Below, piece after piece: positions 42,233-55,254 of a stretch of DNA of 64,000 nt; the first letter of the stretch is position 1; the number at the start of each line of letters is the position of its first letter. The stretch is taken from assembly GCA_964016885.1 (NCBI GenBank), contig OZ024742.1:23870001-23934000 (forward strand), given 5' to 3'. A program made the position numbers and the translations under genes. The notes under the pieces are model-generated. The model did no database searches. It was not told where the DNA came from and saw only the letters and a program-made list of their open reading frames with translations. The stretch is from Eledone cirrhosa (taxonomy: Eukaryota).

Positions 42233-42529
42233 GGCATATTGTCTATATGCTTCAGCTTCGGCTTGTACCCATGGGAATTCGGGTCTTCTGTATTACTGTA
42301 TTCTGTATTATATATATATATATATGCATACATATAGATATTTATAGTTACATCCATATACAAATATGTAAAGCTAATACATAAAAATATTCTAATTAAG
42401 TGGTAAAATGTTGGTCAGACACCTGTAGTGTAATGGTTATTGCAACTGTCCAAAATATGTCGGATGAACTGTTCGATTCTTCATCGATATATTCAGCCTC
42501 GCACATCTATATAAACAGTCTACAACATC

Positions 42530-42992
42530 TATAGCAACTGCAAGAACAGTTTGGAAGGATAGAGCTATTAGAAAGTCCACGAAAGAGTAAGCAATCCAAA
42601 CATTAGTGTGGCCTGTAGCTCTATATAGTTGTGAGTCATGGATTTTAAAGGCATCTGACTTGAAATGTCTGAGTGCTTTTAGAATGTCATGCTATAGGTG
42701 TGCACTTAGAATTAACTGGACAGCTTACAGAACAAAATAATCTGTCCTGGAAGACATTGGCACCAATCACCGTTGGTTGAAACAGGAAGAAAAGGGAAAT
42801 TCCAGTATTTTGGTCATGTCAGCAAGGCCCAAAATTTGACTACCCACATGCTTGAGGGACGAATACAAGGGAAAAGGGACAGGGGACGGTAGAAAAAGTG
42901 ATGGATAGATGACATTAAGTAATGGACAGGTAGGAGTTTGGTCCATAATTCTATGACACCTGACGCTCAGATGTCAGGCTAGGATGAGAAGA
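42530..42992 (+). mobile_element. RTE-clade LINE 3' fragment, pseudogenic
   Basis: VWKDRAI..TK..LVWPVALYSCESW...CYRCALRINW...FQYFGHV...MLEGRIQGKRDRGR..WIDDIK.WTG is the typical RTE C-terminus; several stops. Confidence 0.88.
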
Positions 42993-42994
42993 AC

Positions 42995-43990
42995 ACATCT
43001 ATATACCAGAGTATACCACATTTATATATCCAGTTTCTCACATCTGTTTACTCAGTCTACTACAATTATATAACCAGTGTAATACATCTAAATACAGATG
43101 TCGGTCACATGTATAAACCTGACTCTCCCACAACTATGTATCCAGTCCATTACAATTATATACCATCTATATACCCAAACTACCCCATCTATATCCTCCC
43201 ATCTTCCACGTCTATAAACTTGGTCTATATACCAGGGTCTCAAATATACCAGAATCTACCACATTTACGTACCCATTCTCACTTTTCTATATACCAGTAT
43301 CTTACATCTATATACGCTGTCTATAACATTTATATATACAACCTATATACACATCTATATACATTGTCTATAATATTTATATACCAGTGTCTAATACCTC
43401 TATATATCCAGTGTCTCCCATACCTGTATAACTAGTATCTCATCTATATATACCAGAGTCTAATATATCTACCCAGTCTCCCACAATTATATTGCCAATC
43501 TCCCACAACTATATACCCAGTATCCCACATTTATATAGACAGTCTCCCATATTTATATACCCAGTCACCCACATCTATATAGACAGTCTCCCATAATTAT
43601 ATAGACAGTCTCCCATATTTATATACCCAGACTCCCACATTTATATAGACAGTCTCCCACAATTATATAGACAGTCTCCCACATTTATATAGAGAGTCTC
43701 CAACATTTACATACCCAGTCTCCCACATTTATATACACAGTCTCCCACATTTATATACAAAGTCTCCCACATTTATATAGACAGTCTCCCACATTTATAT
43801 AGACAGTCTCCAACATTTATATACCCAGTCTCCCACATTTATATAAACAGTCTCCCACATTTATATACAAAGTCTCCTACATTTATATAGACAGTCTCCC
43901 ACATTTATATACACAGTATCCCACATTTATATATGCAGTCTGCCACATTTATATAGACAGACACCCACATTTATATACACTGTCTGTCAC
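42995..43990. repeat. 22-bp minisatellite ACAGTCTCCCACATTTATATAG, degenerate on the left
   Basis: Clear period from ~43,470 to 43,980; decayed copies back to ~43,000. Confidence 0.9.
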
Positions 43991-44092
43991 ATCTATTTAT
44001 AAGAATTTTTAACAAATTTCATTTTTTTTTTAAATGCTCTTTTCTTAAATCTTCAACTACATTTGAAAAACACTCCAACATTTGTCATCAAT

Positions 44093-47000
44093 CAGAGAGC
44101 AGCACACTGCCTGTATAACAGAGCAGCACACTGCCTGTATAACAGAGCAGCACACTGCGTGTATAACAGAGCAGCACACTGCCTGTATAACAGAGCAGCA
44201 CACTGCCTGTATAACAGAACAGCACACTCTCTGTATAACAGAGCAGCACACTGTCTGTATAACAGAGCAGCACACTGCCTGTATAACAGAGCAGCACACT
44301 GCCTGTATAACAGAGCAGCACACTGCCTGTATAACAGAGCAGCACACTGTCTGTATAACAGAGCAGCACACTGCCTGTATAACAGAGCAGCACACTGTCT
44401 GTATAACAGAGCAGCACACTGCCTGTATAACAGAGCAGCACACTGCCTGTATAACAGAGCAGCACACTGCCTGTATAACAGAGCAGCACACTGTCTGTAT
44501 AACAGAGCAGCACACTGCCTGTATAACAGAGCAGCACACTGTCTGTATAACAGAGCAGCACACTGTCTGTATAACAGAGCAGCACATTGCCTGTATAACA
44601 GAGCAGCACACTACCTGTATAACAGAGCAGCACACTGTCTGTATAACAGAGCTGCACACTGTCTGTATAACAGAGCACCACACTGCATGTATAACAGAGC
44701 AGCACACTGTGTGTATAACAGAGCACCACACTGCATGTATAACAGAGCAGCACACTGTCTGTATAACAGAGCAGCACACTGCCTGTATAACAGAGCAGCA
44801 CACTGCCTGTATAACAGAGCAGCACACTGTCTGTATAACAGAGCAGCACACTGTCTGTATAACAGAGCAGCACACTGCCTGTATAACAGAGCAGCACTCT
44901 GCCTGTATAACAGAGCAGCACACTGCCTGTATAACAGAGCAGCGCACTGCCTGTATAACAGAACAGCACACTGTCTGTATAACAGAGCAGCACACTGTCT
45001 GTATAACAGAGCAGCACACTGCCTGTATAACAGAGCAGCACACTGCCTGTATAACAGAGCAGCACACTGTCTGTATAACAGAGCAGCACACTGTCTGTAT
45101 AACAGAGCAGCACACTGCCTGTATAACAGAGCAGCACACTGTCTGTATAACAGAGTAGCACACTGCCTGTATAACAGAGCAGCACACTGCCTGTATAACA
45201 GAGCAACACGTTCTCTGCATAACAGAGCAGCACACTGTCTGTATAACAGAGGAACACACTGTCTATATAACAGGGCAGCACACTGCCTGTATAACAGGGC
45301 AGCAAACTGCCTGTATAACAGGGCAGCACACTGCCTGTATAACAGAGCAGCACACTGTATGTATAACAGGGCAGCACACTACCTGTATAACAGGGCAGCA
45401 CACTGCCTGTATAACAGGGCAGCACACTGCCTGTATAACAGAGCAGCACACTGTCTGTATAACAGAGCAGCACACTGTCTGTATAACAGAGCAGCACACT
45501 GTCTGTATAACAGAGCAGCACACTGTCTGTATAACAGAGCAGCACACTGCCTGTATAACAGAGCAGCACACTGTCTGTATAACAGAGCAGCACACTGTCT
45601 GTATAACAGAGCAGCACACTGCCTGTATAACAGAGCAGCACACTGTCTGTATAACAGGGCAGCACACTGTCTGTATAACAGAGCAGCACACTGTCTGTAT
45701 AACAGAGCAGCACACTGTCTGTATAACAGAGCAGCACACTGCCTGTATAACAGAGCAGCACACTGTCTGTATAACAGAGCAGCACACTGTCTGTATAACA
45801 GAGCAGCACACTGTCTGTATAACAGAGCAGCACACTGTCTGTATAACAGAGCAGCACACTGTCTGTATAACAGAGCAGCACACTGTCTGTATAACAGAGC
45901 AGCACACTACTTGTATAACAGAGCAGCACATTGCCTGTATAACAGAGCAGCACACTACCTGTATAACAGAGCAGCACACTACTTGTATAACATGGCAGCA
46001 CACTGCCTGTATAACGGGCAGCACACTGCCTGTATAACAGAGCAGCACACCGTCTGTATAACAGAGCAGCACACTGCCTGTATAAGAGGGCAGCACACTG
46101 CCTGTATAAGAGGGCAGCACACTGCCTGTATAACAGAGCAGCACACTGTCTGTATAACAGAGCAGCACACTGCTGTATAACAGAGCAGCACACTGCCTGT
46201 ATAACAGGGCAGCACACTGCCTGTATAACAGAGCAGCACACTACTTGTATAACATGGCAGCACACTGCCTGTATAACGGGCAGCACACTGCCTGTATAAC
46301 AGAGCAGCACACTGTCTGTATAACAGAGCAGCACACTGCCTGTATAAGAGGGCAGCACACTGTCTGTATAACAGGGCAGCACACTGCCTGTATAACAGAG
46401 CAGCACACTGCCTGTATAACAGAGCAGCACACTGTCTGTATAACAGAGCAGCACACTGCCTGTATAACAGAGCAGCACACTGCATGTATAACAGAACAGC
46501 ACACTGCCTGTATAACAGAGCAGCACACTGTCTGTATAACAGAGCAGCACACTGCCTGTATAACAGAGCCGCACACTGTCTGTATAACAGAGCAGCACAC
46601 TGCCTGTATAACAGAGCAGCACACTGCCTGTATAACAGAACAGCACACTGTCTGTATAACAGAGCAGCACACTGTCTGTATAACAGAGCAGCACACTGTC
46701 TGTATAACAGAGCAGCACACTGTCTGTATAACAGAACAGCACGCTGTCTGTATAACAGAGCAGCACACTGTCTGTATAACAGAGCAGCACACTGTCTGTA
46801 TAACAGAGCAGCACACTGTCTGTATAACAGAGCAGCACACTGTCTGTATAACAGAGCAGCACACTGCCTGTATAACAGAGCAGCACACTGCCTGTATAAC
46901 AGAGCAGCACACTGCCTGTATAACAGAGCAGCACACTGTCTGTATAACAGTGCAGCACACTTCATCTATAACAGAACAGCACGCTGTCTGTATAACAGAG

Positions 47001-47550
47001 CAGCACACTGTCTGTATAACAGAGCAGCACACTGTCTGTATAACAGAGCAGCACACTGCCTGTATAACAGAGCAGCACACTGTCTGTATAACAGAGCAGA
47101 ACACTGTCTGTATAACAGAGCAGCACACTGTCTGTATAACAGAGCAGCACACTGCCTGTATAACAGAGCAGCACACTGTCTGTATAACAGAGCAGCACAC
47201 TGCCTGTATAACAGAGCAGCACACTTCCTGTATAACAGAGCTGCACACTGTCTGTATAACAGAGCAGCACACTGTCTGTATAACAGAGCAGCACACTGTC
47301 TGTATAACAGAGCAGCACACTGCCTGTATAACAGAACAGCACACTGTCTGTATAACAGAACAGCACACTGTCTGTATAACAGAGCAGCACACTGTCTGTA
47401 TAACAGAGCAGCACACTGCCTGTATAACAGGGCAGCACACTGTCTGTATAACAGAGCAGCACACTGCCTGTATAACAGAGCAGCACACTGCCTGTATAAC
47501 AGGGCAGCACACTGTCTGTATAACAGAGCAGCACACTGTCTGTATAACAG
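44093..47550. repeat. 24-bp tandem repeat CAGAGCAGCACACTGYCTGTATAA, about 144 copies
   Basis: Direct reading; 8-aa periodic ORFs on both strands. Confidence 0.99.
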
Positions 47551-48010
47551 ACAACAATAAGACGGAGAATGATAAAGGATGACGATAATAATAATAATAC
47601 TAACAGCAACAATACTAATATTAATAGTAACAACAATAATAAAAATAACAACTACAATAATAACAACAATGACAATAACAACAACAAGAAAAATATTAGT
47701 AACGACGACAATAACAAGAACAATAATAACGACTACAACAACAACAACAATAATAATAGTAACGACGACAATAACAATAACAACATTAACAATAATAATG
47801 ATAAAAATACTAACAACAACATCAACAACAGAAACAACAACAACAACATTATTAATGATACTAATACTGGCAACAACATCAACAACAACAATAGAACAAA
47901 CAACAACAACAGCAGCAGCTACAACAACAAAAACAACAACAATAACAACAACATCAATAGAAACAACAGCAACAACAACAATATTCAAGTGAAAAGTATT
48001 CAACAACGTA
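47551..48010. repeat. Degenerate (AAC/AAT)n
   Basis: Direct reading. Confidence 0.93.
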
Positions 48011-48097
48011 AAATATTTCAACAGAAAAGAAAATTTACTGAATAAAGATAAAACAATTTGTCATGTAAATTTCATTTCACTGTCTTGTCCTGTAAGA

Positions 48098-48842
48098 GTG
48101 TGTGTGTATGTGTAGGTGTGTATATATGTGTGTGTATATGTATGTGTGTATGTATATGTGTGTATATATGTGTGTGTATATGTGTGTGTATGTATATGTG
48201 TATATATATATATGTGTGTGTATATATATATACGCGTGTATATGCGTGTATGCATGTATATATGTGTATATATGTATGTATGTGTGTATGTATATGTGTG
48301 AGCCTATATATACGTCTGTGTATGTGTTTATACATGTATGTGTGTATGTATATGTTTGAGCCTATATATACGTGACTGTATGTGTGTATACATGTATGTG
48401 TGTATGTATATGTGTGAGCCTATATATACGCGTGTGTATGTATATGTGTGTGTATCTGTGTATGCATATATGTGTACATCGATGTGTGTATCTATGTGTG
48501 TATCTGTGCATGCAGCTGTATGTGCATATGTGTGTACATCTGTGTGTATATCTGTGTGTGGATATGTGTGTGGATATGTGTGTGTAACTGTGTGTACGTC
48601 TGTGTGTGCATATGTGTGTATATGTGTGTGCATCTGTTTGTGCCTCTGTGCATGCATGTGTATATGTGCATGTGTATATGTACATGTGTATGTGTGCATA
48701 TGGGTGTGCATGTGTGTGTACATGTGTATGTGTGTGTATGTGTACATGTGCATGTGTGCATGTATGTGTGCATGTATGTGTGCATGTGTGTGTACATGTG
48801 TGTGTGCATCTGTATGTTCACCTGTATACATGTGCGTGTATA
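48098..48842. repeat. Degenerate (TG/TA)n tract
   Basis: Direct reading. Confidence 0.93.
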
Positions 48843-48917
48843 GTTAAGAAGTGCATTTCACAATAATTACGCCCTCATTAAATGTAGGGTATCTTAGGCA
48901 AATTTGTTTACAATATC

Positions 48918-49310
48918 TTGTGTTGCCCATACCTAGTGTTGACCCATACCTTTTGTTGACCCATACTTAGTGTTGACCCATACCTTTTTTTGACACATGC
49001 CCTGTGTTTACCCATACCTTTTGTTGACCCATACCTAATCTTGACCCATACCTAGTCTTGACCCATACCTTGCGTTGACCCATACCTTTTGTTGACCCAT
49101 ACCCTGTGTTGACACATAGCTTTTGTTGACCCATACCTTTTGTTGACCCATATCATGTGTTGACCCATACCTTGTGTTGACCCATACCTAGTGTCGACCC
49201 ATACCAAGTGTTAACCCAACCCTGTGTTGACCCATACCTTTTGTTGACCCATACCTAGTGTTGACCCATACCTAGTGTTGACCCATAACTTGTATTGACC
49301 CATACCTTGT
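48918..49310. repeat. 17-bp minisatellite GTTGACCCATACCTWKT, about 23 copies
   Basis: Direct reading. Confidence 0.93.
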
Positions 49311-49344
49311 GTGTGAGATTGGATTGAGTGAGAATACATATTTA

Positions 49345-49535
49345 ATGTGTGGTATGGAGAAGAATGGAAGGTTTCTCTATAATCCTTAAGCCCTGGGTTT
49401 GATCCCAATCTGTGTCATTTACCTCTGCTTTATTTTAAGCTATACCTACTGAGTGAGATAGGGTAGACAGAAACTGTTTGGAAGCCTGTTGGATGGACTG
49501 TAACGGTAATTTAAAAGGACAGCCATGTCACACAC
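49345..49535 (+). mobile_element. Highly diverged SINE
   Basis: B-box-like GGGTTTGATCCC and GGTAGACAGAAACTG..GAAGCC body resembling Octopus SINEs (from memory). Confidence 0.4.
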
Positions 49536-50019
49536 AATATGTCACACTGGATTTCCAAGAGAATTATATTAATGATACACGTGTCTGTGAATTATTTAGA
49601 AATGTTTAGCCACTTACACGTTAATTTGATGAAGAGAATGCTCCCTTTGATCAAACAACTAGAACAATCACCAACCAAAGAGACTGAGGCCCATTCCGTG
49701 TGTTTGCTTGTTTGTGTGCGTGTTAAAACTTTGATTCCAATTCTTCAATTTATTGGGTTTTTTCCCTCTCTTTTTTCCACAAGACAATAATGATAAATAT
49801 AGTGGCACATTGCCATTGTTCGGTCATCACGATATGAAGTGTTTAAATGAACAAATAACAATACCAACAACAATAACAACAATAACAACAATAACAACAA
49901 TAACAATAACAACAAAAACAACATTAACAACAACAGCAACAACATAATTAACAATGGATAAGTTTTTAAAAAATACATACACAAAATAGAATAAATTTTT
50001 GAAAGAAGAGGAACACTCA

Positions 50020-50698
<679 letters not shown>

Positions 50699-51455
50699 AG
50701 ATTAGTCGATCTCGGATTTACAGAAACCTAGCGTGGATGTTGTATGTTATATGTGATGCATATCGTATGCTGTACGATATGATGTGATGTATACCGTATG
50801 CTGTACGATATGCGTTATGTGTTGCATTCGATCTCCGCGTGATGGGCCAGGTCAGTCAAAATGTTTCCCTGAGTTCAGTCTTTTTCGTTGCTATGGCAAT
50901 GCGGCTGGACTGCCGGTTGCTATATTTGATTTGTAAAACTGTCTAAACGTATTGTTATAACTCTGGGGTATTATTCTCCATGGAGTGCTAAAGCTACATT
51001 CCGAATCTGCATTCGTTAGCTTAGCCGCAGCCTAAAGCTTAGTTAATGCTGTACTAAAATGTGTATATATATATACAAACGCACACACAGAATATATATA
51101 TATATCATACAGGTTAGATTCCTTATACTGTGACTATGGTGTGGCACAGCTTGGAATGGATTTAGTTATCAAGTTCACTTTCTTGGATACTTCCAAAATT
51201 TCAAAATTATGTTTTGCATACTCTTATTTTATTGAAAATCTGTTCTCTAATTAACACAAAAACTGATTCTAAACCGAATCCCTGACACTAAAGCATAATA
51301 CTAACCCTTATAGACATGCCTATGTCCCTAAACTCTTACCCAAAAACTTAAATCTGACTCCTAATAACGTACAAGATCCTATCCCTTAATCAAAAATATG
51401 ACTCTAAAGGCTACCTTTCTCATTACATAAATATATTTGTGTGCATATATATACG

Positions 51456-51486
<31 letters not shown>

Positions 51487-51545
51487 AAATGTATATGTAT
51501 GTACATATAAAGAGAGAGTGGGAGGGAGGGAGATAAGTAGATAGC

Positions 51546-51589
<44 letters not shown>

Positions 51590-52029
51590 CATATGTGTGT
51601 GTCTGTGTATGTGTGTGTAAAGTAAACGTAAAAAAACATACCAAATTATACAGTAAATGAATGAGAAATAAAACAATAGAAAGGTAGGGAGTGATAATGT
51701 GAAGAATTGGGGGAAAAAATAGGGGTAGAAAAAGCACGTGTACTCAATCAGCCGTTTGTAGCATAGTAGACTGAGACACTCTTCTTATAAAAGTAAAAAA
51801 ATGAAACATTTATGGGTGGATGTTAATTGTAGAATTCCACAAACATATATTGTATACACTGATTAGCTGTGGGTTGGTTCAAATTCGATAACATTCTTAC
51901 TTAAGAAGAATTAATATTAAAATGTCAGGGTTACATACAGCTCAGATTAAAAACCAATGAATTCCTAAAAATGTGCGTAATTCATCATTTGTAAAATTAC
52001 CTCAAAATATTGACAGTATGTATGGAAGG

Positions 52030-52130
52030 GCATGCTGTGTAGCAAAATGGTTAGGGAATTTGCTTCACAGTGATAAGGTCTCAAGTTTGATCCAACTTTC
52101 GATATCTTTGGAAAGAGTCCTTTACCAACA
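52030..52130 (+). mobile_element. tRNA-derived SINE head, diverged
   Basis: TAGCAAAATGGTTAG (A-box-like) and AGTTTGATCC (B-box-like). Confidence 0.4.
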
Positions 52131-52451
52131 GAGAAAATGATGGGTTGAATTTGTTTATGCTCCCTTTCAGGTCAAGTTGATTCTCTCTCTTTGTTTTTCC
52201 TTCCCCGCTACAAATATATTTCCTTTCCATATACATATATGGAAAGGTACTGTGAAAGAGGAAGAGGTTCAAAATGTGGTCATGCTCAATAGGAAATAGA
52301 CCTATCGATCTGCTCTGCCTGGGACTATATTCAGTAATTCTCACACAATCAACATTTCAACCGCCATCCTATGAAATCACAAACTTGAAACGCTCAATAT
52401 CTTCCACGCTTACATGCAACAGATTAACCACCACCCTCTCTCTCTCTCTCC

Positions 52452-52513
<62 letters not shown>

Positions 52514-52634
52514 GATCGAGTATCGAAAAATCGGCGCACGAGTTCACGAAAAACGAAATTCGATATGAGCGGCAGAGGGCTCAATAATTCAGATGAATCA
52601 GAGCTATAACTATCGTTAATATATATATATATAA

Positions 52635-52947
52635 ATATTGGTAAACGGAATAGAAAATGGTGACAAATTGTTCACAGTGAAAAATAGTTTAATTAGGAAT
52701 AAGTGAGAATTAGTGATTGTATTGGTAAGTATTCAGTTTTGGTTTTAAGTTTTACCGGTTGCGCATTTCTAATGCTTTTCAAAAATAATTTTGAGATAGA
52801 GCGTCCGTAATGTTTGCTCTGATCTGAAATGCGCAACCGGTAAAACTGAATACTATCCAATACAATTACTAATTCTCACTTATTCCTAATTAAACTATTT
52901 TTCACTGTGAACAATTTGTCAGCATTTTCTATTCCGTTTACCAATAT
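52635..52947. mobile_element. Imperfect fold-back element (about 122-bp arms, 56-nt spacer) flanked by TA repeats
   Basis: 52,635-52,769 vs 52,826-52,947 are reverse complements with about 4 mismatches and one 13-nt insertion. Confidence 0.75.
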
Positions 52948-52979
52948 ATAATAACTTGTGTGTTACACCTCTATTCTTT

Positions 52980-53029
<50 letters not shown>

Positions 53030-53158
53030 ATTACCCAAGATGTAGTAATGGTTAATTACTACACTGGATATGGTTGACGTACGGTGAGAGGTTACTCCAC
53101 GAGTTATGGGAGAATTGTTGAAGAAACTTAGTTCCTGATCCTTCTGTATTCCGGAGTG

Positions 53159-53488
53159 TATATAAAGAATGAATAATAACAGGTAGACATCATAAAAAGG
53201 TAATTTATTCCGTGTGCTTACAAATGTTTCCACGGTGGTACTACAGCCTAGTTATGCTATGTGCAAATTTACAAGAATTTGCAGAACTCAAATATCCAAT
53301 GCTGTGACCACTGTATCCATTGCTCTGAGGATACAGTGGTCACAGCATTGGATATTTGAGTTCTGCAAATTCTTGTAAATTTGCACATAGCATAACTAGG
53401 CTGTAGTACCACCGTGGAAACATTTGTAAGCACACGGAATAAATTACCTTTTTATGATGTCTACCTGTTATTATTCATTCTTTATATA
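53159..53488. mobile_element. Perfect 160-bp-arm palindrome with 10-nt loop, containing a hammerhead; probable Penelope-like terminus with 5' inversion
   Basis: 53,159-53,318 is the exact reverse complement of 53,329-53,488; loop ATTGCTCTGA; ends in (TA)n. Confidence 0.85.
53321..53432 (+). ncRNA. Type I hammerhead ribozyme with 85-nt stem II region
   Basis: UGCU-CUGAGGA-UACAGUGGU...ACCACCGUG-GAAAC-AUUU-GUA-AGCA; predicted cleavage after 53,428; AATAAA at 53,438-53,443. Confidence 0.8.
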
Positions 53489-53596
53489 TATATATATATA
53501 TATATATCCTTATTTATACAAACATCTGTATATTTTCAACTGTCTTATTGCCAATAAAAGATTCATCACTTACAGACAGACACACACAAACATAAT

Positions 53597-53632
<36 letters not shown>

Positions 53633-53722
53633 GAGAGTGAGAGAAAGAGACTCACTTACCTACAATAATACATACATACTTACAATCATACATACATACA
53701 TTCATACATACAAACCCACACA

Positions 53723-53754
53723 TAGATAGAAAGATAGGTAGATAGATAGATAGG

Positions 53755-53836
<82 letters not shown>
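53723..53836. repeat. (GATA)n microsatellite
   Basis: Direct reading. Confidence 0.96.
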
Positions 53837-54149
53837 CCTCTCTGTGATGTATCGCATGAGGTTGAGGTTGTCGTGTATGGACCTGGTCGGGTTTTTGACG
53901 ACTAGGATTTTGACGATAAGCGCCAGCCTCTTTGCCAATACCTTGGCCAAAATCTGTAACTCTGCGTTTAGCAGAGTTATGGGCCGGAAGTTGCCTATGT
54001 CATTCCCCTTATTCTCGTCCTTCCTGACTAACGTGATTACGCCCTTGGTCACAGAACTGGGAATTCTCCCGTTCTGCTGCCAGTTGCAGTAGACCGCTTC
54101 CAGGAGACAGGACAACAAGTCCGGCATTACTACGTAAAATTCGTAGGGT
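53837..54149 (-). mobile_element. L1/Tx1-clade reverse transcriptase fragment
   Basis: PYEFY...GVITLVRK..KG..IGNFRPITLLNAELQILAKVLAKRL...RSIHDNL is the L1/Tx1 RT N-terminal signature. Confidence 0.9.
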
Positions 54150-54394
54150 TTAGATAGAAAGATAGTTAGATAGATATATAGTTAGATAAATATATATATA
54201 TGCATACATGCATGCATGAATACCTAGATACATACATACATTCATACATCCACACACACACAGACACACAAAGAGACATTAACACATAGATACACACACA
54301 GACACAGACACACACATACACTCACAGACACACACAGACACACACAGACACAGACACACATTCATACATACATACATACACCCACACAGATATG

Positions 54395-54448
<54 letters not shown>

Positions 54449-54860
54449 TACATACATACATCCCAACATCCACATACACAGACACCAACACACATAGACA
54501 CAGACACACACAGATACACACACAGATACACTCAGACACTCAGACACACACATATATACACAGAGACTCACACACGCACACATATACACACATATCCACA
54601 CATTGACAGACACACACATATACACACACACACACACACATATACACACAGTGACACAGACACACAGATACACACAAATACACACACATACACAAACACA
54701 CATATACACACACACAGACACACACAGATACACACAACTACACACACATACTCACACACACACACATACACACACACCGACACACACATACACGCACACA
54801 CACATACACGCCGACACACCAACACACCAACACACACCGACACAGGTAGATGCACACAAA
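54150..54860. repeat. Mixed (GATA)n and degenerate (CA)n/(CAGA)n
   Basis: Direct reading. Confidence 0.9.
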
Positions 54861-55254
54861 ACAGATGGCTATAAGTATACTATTTTATATATTTAAAATG
54901 TTATTAAGATGACAGCCAAATTATAGCCATACTATCTTATATAACTGTCATATAACCATAGAATAAAGCTTTCACTTCCTCTTCAATATTTTACAAACAT
55001 TATTCGTCATTAAATTTCAAATATTTCAAATATTTCTCTAGTATCTTTCACTTTATCTCGTCTTCTACTCCTTTTATATTGACACAATATATAAAGTTTT
55101 GATATTTGGCTATTGTTGTTGTTATGGTTGTTGTTGTTGTTGATGATGATGATGATGATGTTGAACTAGTTGTCATTATTGATGGTTTTGATGTTGTTGT
55201 TGATATTGCTGATGTTGTTTTTGTCATTATTGAAAGTTATTACTTTCATTGTTG

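Noticed and set aside
42420-42482. tRNA-like A/B boxes (TAGTGTAATGG, GTTCGATTC)
   Set aside because: No cloverleaf; probably a decayed SINE head, not a tRNA gene.
44057-48021. Cys-rich 8-aa repeat ORFs
   Set aside because: 24-bp satellite open on both strands with frameshifting 22-23-bp units.
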